Part shown: one piece after another, positions 33,106 through 41,388 of the stretch | Layout of the letters: every line of letters starts with the position of its first letter | How positions within the stretch are numbered: the first letter of the stretch is position 1 | Assembly: GCA_963827685.1 (NCBI GenBank) | Contig: CAWHBU010000002.1 | Coordinates: 640,001-704,000 of the forward strand | Source: an uncultured delta proteobacterium | GTDB lineage: Bacteria > Desulfobacterota > BSN033 > UBA1163 | Reading direction: 5' to 3' | Length of the DNA: 64,000 nucleotides | Notes under the pieces: model-generated | What the model saw: only the letters and a program-made list of their open reading frames with translations | What the model was told of the DNA's origin: nothing | The model's database searches: none | Made by a program: the position numbers and the translations under genes

Positions 33106-34320
33106 ATGCCAGCGTATCTTTACAAAGCCACGACCCTGACCGGACAGACTGTTGAGGGTTTGATGGATGGCAAGGATGAAGAAACCATCATCCAGGGCCT
33201 TCACCAGCTCGGTTATATTCCCATCCGTATCACCTCGGTTCAAGAGAAAGGGGCGAGACTTCGCCTGTCTTCTATTTTACCAAAACGGGTAGGCGTTAAG
33301 GATCTACTCCTCTTCACCCAGGAGCTTTCCACGCTAATTTCATCAGGGTTACCTATTGACCGAAGTCTTAACATCCTAGGGAAGCTCACAGAGAATGAGA
33401 AATTGCGGGAAACGGCGAAGGACGTATTAAAGGGGATCGAAGGGGGAAACTCTTTTGCAGAGGCATTGGGCAACCATCCTAAGATCTTCTCAAAACTCTA
33501 TGTCAATATGGTCAAGGCCGGAGAATCGGGGGGCTTCTTGGAAACCATCTTGTCACGGCTTGCGCAATATCTTCAAAGTACAAAAGAAATCAGAGATTAC
33601 CTGGTCTCTGTCATGATTTATCCACTCATTCTGATATTTGTCAGCGGAATTACCATTGCTATTTTGATGATCTTTGTCATGCCGAGTTTCACGAAGATCT
33701 TTTCGGATACGGGTCAATCCCTTCCTTTACCGACCCAGATCATAATGTCGATCAGCTATGCTCTAAGGGGTTATTGGTGGATAGGCTTAGGGATTATTGT
33801 GGCAATATATTTCGGGCTACGGGCGTATAGGCAGGACGAGGAGAGGCGGGTGAGGTGGGATGGGTTCAAATTGAGATGGGTTGCCATAGGAGATCTCATT
33901 AAGAAAACTGAGGTAGCTCGGTTTTCGAGAACATTGGGGACTCTGATCCAGAGTGGCGTTTCGATATTGCCGGCCCTCAATCTGGTGAAAGAAATCTCCC
34001 AAAATCGGGTCATTTCAAGATCCATCGCCCATGTCCATGATCGCTTGAGAGAGGGGAAGGCCATTTCCCAATCCTTAGAGGAGGTAGAGGTTTTTCCTCC
34101 GTTAGCTGTTCACATGATCGGCGTGGGGGAAGAAACCGGGAAGCTTGACGAGATGTTGATCAAGGTCGCTGAAACCTACGAGGAGAATGTTCGAAATACC
34201 GTGAAACGGATTGTCTCCTTGCTGGAGCCCCTGATCATTGTGGTATTAGGGGGGGTAGTAGGATTCATTGTGATATCGATACTGATGGCTATCTTTAGTC
34301 TTAATGAAATTCCTTTTTAA
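33106..34320 (+). CDS. gspF: Type II secretion platform protein GspF
   Basis: YVNMVKAGESGG, GEETGKLDEML, LLEP. Confidence 0.93.
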   Translation: MPAYLYKATTLTGQTVEGLMDGKDEETIIQGLHQLGYIPIRITSVQEKGARLRLSSILPKRVGVKDLLLFTQELSTLISSGLPIDRSLNILGKLTENEKLRETAKDVLKGIEGGNSFAEALGNHPKIFSKLYVNMVKAGESGGFLETILSRLAQYLQSTKEIRDYLVSVMIYPLILIFVSGITIAILMIFVMPSFTKIFSDTGQSLPLPTQIIMSISYALRGYWWIGLGIIVAIYFGLRAYRQDEERRVRWDGFKLRWVAIGDLIKKTEVARFSRTLGTLIQSGVSILPALNLVKEISQNRVISRSIAHVHDRLREGKAISQSLEEVEVFPPLAVHMIGVGEETGKLDEMLIKVAETYEENVRNTVKRIVSLLEPLIIVVLGGVVGFIVISILMAIFSLNEIPF

Positions 34321-34336
34321 CCCGAAAGGAGGAGAG

Positions 34337-34774
34337 ATGAAAATAAGGAATAAGCCAGGAGAACGAGGGTTTACCCTGGTTGAAATCATGATCGTGGTGA
34401 TCATTATTGGATTGATGGCTGCTTGGGTTGCCCCCAAATTATTTGGGAAACTGAGCACGGCGAAACTGGGTGCAGCCAAGCACCAGATTGAGCTTTTTGG
34501 TACTGCTCTTGATGCCTTTCGGCTCGATACAGGGAGATATCCGACCACCGAAGAGGGACTCAAAGCTCTAAGGGAAAAGCCATCTGGAGTTGAGAACTGG
34601 AGCGGACCCTATCTCCCCAAGGAAATTCCGCTTGACCCGTGGAAAAGACCCTATATTTATAAATCACCGGGTGATCATGGTGATTACGATCTCATCTCGT
34701 ATGGTCTCGACGGAGTAGAGGGAGGAGAGGGAGAGAATCAGGATGTTGTCAGTTGGAGAGATATTGTTAAATGA
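34337..34774 (+). CDS. gspG: Major pseudopilin GspG
   Basis: RGFTLVEIM, GRYPTTEEGL, W.GPYL, DPWKRPY.Y. Confidence 0.95.
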   Translation: MKIRNKPGERGFTLVEIMIVVIIIGLMAAWVAPKLFGKLSTAKLGAAKHQIELFGTALDAFRLDTGRYPTTEEGLKALREKPSGVENWSGPYLPKEIPLDPWKRPYIYKSPGDHGDYDLISYGLDGVEGGEGENQDVVSWRDIVK

Positions 34775-35265
34775 AAAACAAAGGCTTTTCATTAATTGAG
34801 CTACTGATCGTTTTGTCTATTTTGACCCTTTCCATCTCATTAGCGGTTTCATCCTTGGCCGGAATCCTAAAAACGGTCGAGTTGAAATCAACGGCCAAGA
34901 AGGTGTCGGGGATTCTTCGATATTGCCGCAGCGAGGCCGTCAACAAAGGGCAGATCTATCAGATTGTTTTCGATTCGGATTTGAGGGAGGTCAGGGTCCA
35001 AAAGATAGAATCCTCTGAGGGAAAGGAAGAGAATGAAAAAAAAGGGGAGATGACCTTTAAGAAGATTTTTCCTCTTCCCAAGGGGATTCGTATGAAAGAG
35101 GTGAATATCGCCTCTCCACAGTACTCTTCGGATTACCCGACGATCGAATTCTATCCGAACGGAGGGTCGAATGGGGGATCATTCCTCTTGAACAGTGAGG
35201 AGCGGGGAGGCTACCGAATCAAGATCCATTTTCTTACAGGCATGGTGGTAATTGAAAAGGCATAG
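34771..35265 (+). CDS. gspH: Minor pseudopilin GspH
   Basis: KGFSLIELL, IEFYPNGGSNGG; operon order. Confidence 0.85.
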   Translation: MKNKGFSLIELLIVLSILTLSISLAVSSLAGILKTVELKSTAKKVSGILRYCRSEAVNKGQIYQIVFDSDLREVRVQKIESSEGKEENEKKGEMTFKKIFPLPKGIRMKEVNIASPQYSSDYPTIEFYPNGGSNGGSFLLNSEERGGYRIKIHFLTGMVVIEKA

Positions 35266-35680
35266 GGTAACATACAGAACAGGGTTTACCTTAATCGAGG
35301 TAGTGGTTGCCATCGCCATCTTATCGGTGGGGCTGACGGTGATCATTGAACTTTTTGCAGGTGGACTTCGTCTGGCCAGGGTTTCCGAGGAGTATACAAA
35401 GGCTGTAAATTATGCTCGTATTAAAATGGAAGAAATAGCCGTAAAACCGAAAATGGAGGAAGGAAGTGCGGAGGGAGAGTTCGATGAGACGTTTCGCTGG
35501 CAGGTCGGAGTGAAGAAAGTCGATGTCCTTCCGATAGAAAAAAAACCAGACTTTGAAGTCCCGGTCGAACTTTTCCAAATTCAGGTCAAGGTGACTTGGA
35601 AATCGGGTTCTAAGGAAAGGTCTACCTCTGTCGAGACTTATAAAACGATCCGAGTGGAAAAGGATGAGAAAAAAAGCTAA
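35252..35680 (+). CDS. gspI: Minor pseudopilin GspI
   Basis: GFTLIEVVVAIAIL; operon order. Confidence 0.8.
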   Translation: MKRHRVTYRTGFTLIEVVVAIAILSVGLTVIIELFAGGLRLARVSEEYTKAVNYARIKMEEIAVKPKMEEGSAEGEFDETFRWQVGVKKVDVLPIEKKPDFEVPVELFQIQVKVTWKSGSKERSTSVETYKTIRVEKDEKKS

Positions 35681-36404
35681 AGCCTTTGATCCTTCAGTAG
35701 CCCCAGGATTCACTCTGATTGAGGTGTTGGTCACGCTAACCATTCTCGGGTTTATCCTTTTGATCATTTCCGGAGCCTTTCGTCTGGGGCTCTCCGCCTG
35801 GAACAGAGGAGAATCCATCAAAGAAGACTATCAGAAGGTACGGATTATCTCCCAGTTGATCTCCCGGCAGATCAAATCGGCCGTTCCTTACAAGATCAAG
35901 ACCCAGAAGGCAGAAGGAGATTATCTTGCCTTTGAGGGAAAGGCCCATTCTTTAAAATTCGTGTCGGCATTTCCGATGAAGGCGAAACAGACCGGAGGAT
36001 TCGTTTACGCGGTTTATGAGTTTAAGGAGAGAGGGGAAGAGGAAGGTCGATTGATTCTTTATGAGCAGAGGGTCCTCAACAAGGATTTTTTTGCGGACGA
36101 TTTCAAGGAGGATCAGGGCATTTCGATATTGGAAGGAGTCTCAAATGTCCATTTTGAATTCTATCAGGAAGGGGATCCAGCGCAGAACAAACCTGAAGAA
36201 TGGCTGGAGGAGTGGAACGCGAAAGATGAGAAAGAGCTTCCGAAGGCCTTAAGGATGATTATTACACTGAAGAACGGAAAGGCTGCCGGAGAGGAGTTTC
36301 CCATCACGATCCAGGCGTCCCTTCCGGCGTATCGATTTGAGCAGGTCTTAACCACTCCCCTGAGAGTTCGTAGAAGCATTCTACAGGGATTGCCTCAGAG
36401 ATAA
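35664..36404 (+). CDS. gspJ: Minor pseudopilin GspJ
   Basis: GFTLIEVLV, W.EEW..LPKAL. Confidence 0.82.
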   Translation: MRKKAKAFDPSVAPGFTLIEVLVTLTILGFILLIISGAFRLGLSAWNRGESIKEDYQKVRIISQLISRQIKSAVPYKIKTQKAEGDYLAFEGKAHSLKFVSAFPMKAKQTGGFVYAVYEFKERGEEEGRLILYEQRVLNKDFFADDFKEDQGISILEGVSNVHFEFYQEGDPAQNKPEEWLEEWNAKDEKELPKALRMIITLKNGKAAGEEFPITIQASLPAYRFEQVLTTPLRVRRSILQGLPQR

Positions 36405-36412
36405 GGAAATTA

Positions 36413-37513
36413 ATGAAAGTTCAAGGTTCAAAGTTTGAAATAAAGAGTTTCCGCCTGGGCCGATGCCTCGGCGGGCAGGCCCGCCTACGTCGATACTTCA
36501 GCGGGCAAGCAAGAGGCGTTGCCTTGGTGATGGTGCTCTGGGTGTTGGCGGTCCTCTCCGTGATTGTCTTAGAATTCTGTTTTGCTATGAGGACAGAGGT
36601 CAATATTACGAATAATTATAAAGAGGAGTTACAACTCTATGCGATGGCTGAAGGAGGTGTTCAGCGTGCCGTTACTGAGTTGATCTACATAAACGATCCA
36701 AGGATTCACCAAATGAGGACGGCCATGAAGCTTGAAAAGGTTCCTCCAGAGAAGATGGAGTGGGTGACGGACGGAAGGCTTTACCCCCTCCCTTTTGACC
36801 AGGGAGTGTGTGAGGTCAGAGTGATGAGTGAGGCGGGCAAGATCAATATCAATACGGTTTCTGAGATGACGCTTCGGAAGATCATAGGAAATTTGGGCTT
36901 GGAGGGAGAAGAAAGGGATATTGTCGTGGATTCGATTCTGGATTGGAGGGACACGAATGATTTCCACCGAATCAATGGGGCAAAAAATGACTACTATCAA
37001 TCCCTCAAAGAGCCCTATTATTGTAAGAACGGCAATCTGGACTCCATTGAAGAACTCCTGCTCGTTCGTGGGGTGACTCCTGATCTGTTTTACGGAAGAA
37101 AGATGATCAAGAAGGAAGGAGAAGGGAACGAGGAGGAACGGGTCGGATTGAAAGATATATTCTCCATATACGCCGCGGGAGAGCAGATTGATATCAACAG
37201 TGCGACTCCGGTCGCATTGAGATTTGTTTTAGGGATTCCCGAAGCAGTCGCCCGGCAAATTGTCAAGGCCCGGGAAGAGAAAAGATTTGAACAGCAACAG
37301 GATCTCCTCCAAAGGGTGCCTGAAATTTCTCCCTTTATGGGAGGGATTGCGAACCTCATCAGCTTCGGTTCAGCGATACCCTATTATACGATCGAATCGA
37401 AGGCAAGGAAAAAGGAGGGAGAATCAAACCGAGGCATCAAAGTGATTGTTAAAATAGACTCGGCAGACAAGAAAAAGCATAAAATCATTCAATGGGTGGA
37501 TGCACTTCTTTAA
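36413..37513 (+). CDS. gspK: Minor pseudopilin GspK
   Basis: RGVALVMVLW (no E5), EAGKININ, DSILDWRD, EELLLVRG. Confidence 0.9.
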   Translation: MKVQGSKFEIKSFRLGRCLGGQARLRRYFSGQARGVALVMVLWVLAVLSVIVLEFCFAMRTEVNITNNYKEELQLYAMAEGGVQRAVTELIYINDPRIHQMRTAMKLEKVPPEKMEWVTDGRLYPLPFDQGVCEVRVMSEAGKININTVSEMTLRKIIGNLGLEGEERDIVVDSILDWRDTNDFHRINGAKNDYYQSLKEPYYCKNGNLDSIEELLLVRGVTPDLFYGRKMIKKEGEGNEEERVGLKDIFSIYAAGEQIDINSATPVALRFVLGIPEAVARQIVKAREEKRFEQQQDLLQRVPEISPFMGGIANLISFGSAIPYYTIESKARKKEGESNRGIKVIVKIDSADKKKHKIIQWVDALL

Positions 37514-37553
37514 GGATTCTCGTTGAGATTCACAAAGGAAACAGGTAAGATCG

Positions 37554-38996
37554 TTGAAGCAAAACATCATGGATAAGATCATTTCCGATTTAAGTCTTGG
37601 GATTGAGTTTAAACCGAACCATCTCATTCTCACGCTTCTGAGGAAGTCCTTCCGGAAGATTACGCTCGCGGATTCTGAGATCCATTCACTTCCGTCCGAG
37701 GGTCAGAAGGAAGAGCGGGAGGTACAGATTCTCAACCTCATTAACAAGTTTATCTCTAAACACCGTCTCCATAAGGAGAAGACCTCCATCTCCGTGCCGA
37801 GAGAAAAATCGGTCGTTCGGTTTATTAACCTCCCCATTGCCACCAAAGAAAATCTGAGAAAGGTGATCGAATACGAGGTTCCAAAATATACCCCCTTTGA
37901 AAGGGAGGAAGTCTATTTTGACTGTCAGATCCTCAAGGAGGAAAAAGACTGGCTGCACCTCTATGCCGTTTTCATCAAAAAGACTGAAGTAGATCCCTAT
38001 TTATCTTTGTTAAAGAAGATCGGGATTGACCCGATTTCAATCCAGATCTCGTCTGTAGGAGCCCTTAATCTTTTCTATTATCATGAAGGAGCGAAGGAGG
38101 ATGAAATATCGGTTTTGCTTGATGTGACGGAATCGTTCTTTGAGATGGATCTGATCCAGGGAAAGGAGTGGCAGGAAAGTTTTTATCTCCCCTTATCGGG
38201 GGAAAAGGGAGAATCGAGAATATGGAAGGCCTTTGAGCGATCTGTGGTGAAGCAGGATTCCTTTTCAAAATCGACGTTCTTCGTTCACGGATTAGACACG
38301 GATGAAAACCTTCTGAATGCCGTCAGGGAGAACGATCGGATCAAAGGTGTTTTTCTGCCTCCGTTGCATCGAACCGAAGCCGAAAGAGAAGGGCTTCCTG
38401 CTCTTCATAAAATTTATGGCGCCATCGGCCTCCCTTTAAAGGGGCTGATTAAGACTCAGGTGGATTTAAACCTCCTCCCCTTCGAGATGCGGAGAAAGGT
38501 AAGGGAGTTCGGGAGACCTCTCTCCATCTTGTTAACGTTCGTTGCCTTATTCCTCGCTTTGACCTGGGGAGCGGGCGTTTACTATCGGTACAGCAGAGAA
38601 TTGAACACGCTCAACGCCGAGATCAAAAAGAGAAAGCCTGAAGTCGAGGCTGTCGAAAAACTGCAGAAGCAGAAGGAGGAATTGGGGAAGGAGATCTCTG
38701 AGCTCCTGAAGGTCAGGTCGGAAGAAACGAGTACGATAGAGATAATGAGGGAATTGACCCAGATCTTACCCAATACGGTCTGGATCTGGAGCTTTAAATA
38801 TAACGGGAAAGAGATTGAGATCAGCGGATTTGCAGATTCTGCCTCGGATTTGATCCCCCTGTTGGACAAGTCTCCTCTCTTTGAAAATGTTGAATTTCTG
38901 GCTCCTGTAACGAAGGAGAGACAGATGAGGCCGGATGGGGATAAAGAAAAAGAGAGGTTTAGAATCAAGGCAAAGATAGAGGGCAGGAGAGCATGA
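37554..38996 (+). CDS. gspL: GspL/PilM-PilN-like assembly protein
   Basis: Actin-like cytoplasmic region, NLLP motif, one TM, PilN-like C-terminus. Confidence 0.75.
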   Translation: MKQNIMDKIISDLSLGIEFKPNHLILTLLRKSFRKITLADSEIHSLPSEGQKEEREVQILNLINKFISKHRLHKEKTSISVPREKSVVRFINLPIATKENLRKVIEYEVPKYTPFEREEVYFDCQILKEEKDWLHLYAVFIKKTEVDPYLSLLKKIGIDPISIQISSVGALNLFYYHEGAKEDEISVLLDVTESFFEMDLIQGKEWQESFYLPLSGEKGESRIWKAFERSVVKQDSFSKSTFFVHGLDTDENLLNAVRENDRIKGVFLPPLHRTEAEREGLPALHKIYGAIGLPLKGLIKTQVDLNLLPFEMRRKVREFGRPLSILLTFVALFLALTWGAGVYYRYSRELNTLNAEIKKRKPEVEAVEKLQKQKEELGKEISELLKVRSEETSTIEIMRELTQILPNTVWIWSFKYNGKEIEISGFADSASDLIPLLDKSPLFENVEFLAPVTKERQMRPDGDKEKERFRIKAKIEGRRA

Positions 38997-39619
38997 TCTT
39001 GAAGCAGCTATCCTTCTTAAAAAGAATTAACCTTAAAAGAATTAACCTACCTCAGAAAAAGGCGCTCTGGGCGGTTATTGCGGCGGCAGTAGCCATTTTG
39101 ATCTATTTCCTTGGAATCCTTCCTATCGTGGACGCGAAAAGGAAGACAGCGGAGGAGATCGTTCAGAAAAGGAAGCTCCTCTCAAGATATGAGGACTATT
39201 TGAAGAATCGCAAGACCATTGAAGAGGAACTGGATCGCACTCTCAAAGTCCATGGGACGGTTCAACAGAGGCTCCTTCCCGGGGAGACCCCTCAACTGGG
39301 TGCGGCCAATCTTCAGGAGATTGTGAAAAAGCTCTCGGAGAAGAACGGCATTGCGATCAGGAGTTTTAGAATCCTTGAACCGAAAGAGATGCATGTCTAC
39401 CGGAGGATCTCTCTCCATATCGAATTCAACCCGATCAACAGCATGCTGAGCCTGGGCCAATGGATTTATGATATTGAAAACAACGAAAAAGAATTGGGGA
39501 TCTCAGAGATCGATCTTCTGGTGTTCAACCCGAGGATGCCGAACAACATCCAGGGAAGCCTGGTTATCTCCGGCGTGATGAAAGCGGTCAAGGCCAAAGA
39601 GAAAGGGAAGGAAGGATAA
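38993..39619 (+). CDS. gspM: GspM/PilO-like protein
   Basis: N-terminal TM, coiled coil, GAANLQEIVK; operon order. Confidence 0.75.
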   Translation: MILKQLSFLKRINLKRINLPQKKALWAVIAAAVAILIYFLGILPIVDAKRKTAEEIVQKRKLLSRYEDYLKNRKTIEEELDRTLKVHGTVQQRLLPGETPQLGAANLQEIVKKLSEKNGIAIRSFRILEPKEMHVYRRISLHIEFNPINSMLSLGQWIYDIENNEKELGISEIDLLVFNPRMPNNIQGSLVISGVMKAVKAKEKGKEG

Positions 39620-40497
39620 TGTCATTCAAGTATGGGATGATATGTATCGTTCTCTTCATTATTATTCTCTTCCTCGCTATCAAGAGTTACAATGCGCTGA
39701 CCCACCCTCTGGAGATGATCCCTGATAAGGGAGCAGCTAAGAAATCGGAGATGAGAAAAGAGAATTTCGCAGCGATGGGGGTCGTAAAAGAGTCCATGTC
39801 CATGGTATCCTATCATTCGATCGCTGAGAAGAATATTTTTAGCCCGGATAGAAAAGATTTCCCAGTGACAGGTCCTGGGTCTGCGATGCAGCCTGTAGCG
39901 CGACCTCAGGTCATTTTATACGGAGTGACCATTGCCGGGGATTACCAATCCGCCTCGGTGGTCAATCCTGGAAGGTCCCTCAAAAAGGGGGAGAGGGACT
40001 TGATGACTCTAAAATTGGGGGAACGCATTGGGGAGTATAAATTGGCAAAAATATTATCTGACCGGATTACTCTGGAAACGGAGGGGGATAGTTTTGAAGT
40101 TTTTCTCTATGATCCCAAGTCGCCGAAGAAAAGAGAGAGTGGGCCTCCGGGGGCCCCTTCTTCTGCATCCACTCCAACGGCTACATCAAGACCTTTTGTT
40201 CGCACAGAGGCAGCCGAAGGGTCGAAAGAATCGGCGCAGCGGAAGACTTTGCCTTCGCAGATTCCTATGCCCGTGATGCCACCTCCTAATCCTTCACAAA
40301 TTCCTTGGCCTATTTCCACACCTGCCCAAATCCCTTGGCCTGCTCCCACACCAGACCAAATCCCTGTCCCTATGGTACCAACCCCAATAACACCGTCGTT
40401 TACTCCCACACCTGTAACTTTAGCCCCTGGAATGGGCCAGCCGGTTCCTTTACCATCAACGGCTCCGACACAGCCGCCATCTCAGGAAGGAAAGTGA
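39619..40497 (+). CDS. GspC-like protein, paralog 1, Pro-rich tail
   Basis: TM, IAEKNIFSPDR, LYGVTIAG, GERIGEYKLAKI..DRI; tail with 10-aa PxQIPWP repeats. Confidence 0.65.
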   Translation: MSFKYGMICIVLFIIILFLAIKSYNALTHPLEMIPDKGAAKKSEMRKENFAAMGVVKESMSMVSYHSIAEKNIFSPDRKDFPVTGPGSAMQPVARPQVILYGVTIAGDYQSASVVNPGRSLKKGERDLMTLKLGERIGEYKLAKILSDRITLETEGDSFEVFLYDPKSPKKRESGPPGAPSSASTPTATSRPFVRTEAAEGSKESAQRKTLPSQIPMPVMPPPNPSQIPWPISTPAQIPWPAPTPDQIPVPMVPTPITPSFTPTPVTLAPGMGQPVPLPSTAPTQPPSQEGK

Positions 40498-40567
40498 AGA
40501 AAGCAGTTATCAATAGATGCGATCGATGAGAATTTATGGGAGAGGAGCTTAGTCGAAAAAGGGAAAA

Positions 40568-41368
40568 TTGATGTCTGGAAAATATTTTATTTTGAGTCTT
40601 CTGCTCGTCTTCATCATTTTATTGCTTTTTCTGAAAAATTATGAGATATGGACGTATCCTGTGGAGTGGGCATCCGAAAAGGAAGGGGCGAGGAAATTGG
40701 AGAAGAGACCGGAGTCACCTTCAATGCTAGTAGGCCAGAAGAATCCAACTCCTATCCAATCTTATATTTCGATTTCTGAGAAGAATATCTTTAGCCCCGA
40801 GAGGAAGGAATTCCCCATTTTTGGGGTTGACGGAAAAAAGCCTATCGTACGGCCTCAAATTGTCTTGTATGGAGTGACTATCGCAGGGGATTATAAAGCT
40901 GCCTCCATTGTGAATCCAGGCAGGTCCCTCACAAAAGGGGAGAGGGAGTTGATGACCGTAAAAGTAGGCGATCGAGTAGGGGAGTATAAGCTAACAAAAA
41001 TTTCATCTGACCGAATTACTTTGGAAGCAGCGGGCGATAGTTTTGAAGTTTTTCTTTATGATCCCAAAATACCCAAAAGAAGGACGGATGTCAAAACAGA
41101 GAACAGACCTGCGACGGTGACGAGCACTCAACCAGGCCCTGTTCCTCTGGGCGCTGGAGTAGCTCCATCCACTGCATCACCAGGGGGTTTTGTGCCTGCC
41201 TTACCGCCAACATCCATAGAGGGATCAAAGCCCACTACCCCTGGCGAGCAAGCGGCGACGCCTCCACCGACCGGCCCGGCTACAACCTTTCCTTCGGCGG
41301 GAATGAGAAGGGGAAGAACGCCGATTTATACACCATCAACTCCAACACAAGGTACGGGGGAAAATTGA
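40568..41368 (+). CDS. GspC-like protein, paralog 2
   Basis: Core nearly identical to the preceding gene (EKNIFSPER..RPQIVLYGVTIAGDY..GDSFEVFLYDPK). Confidence 0.65.
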   Translation: MMSGKYFILSLLLVFIILLLFLKNYEIWTYPVEWASEKEGARKLEKRPESPSMLVGQKNPTPIQSYISISEKNIFSPERKEFPIFGVDGKKPIVRPQIVLYGVTIAGDYKAASIVNPGRSLTKGERELMTVKVGDRVGEYKLTKISSDRITLEAAGDSFEVFLYDPKIPKRRTDVKTENRPATVTSTQPGPVPLGAGVAPSTASPGGFVPALPPTSIEGSKPTTPGEQAATPPPTGPATTFPSAGMRRGRTPIYTPSTPTQGTGEN

Positions 41369-41388
41369 AGAGAGGGGATCATCACCAT

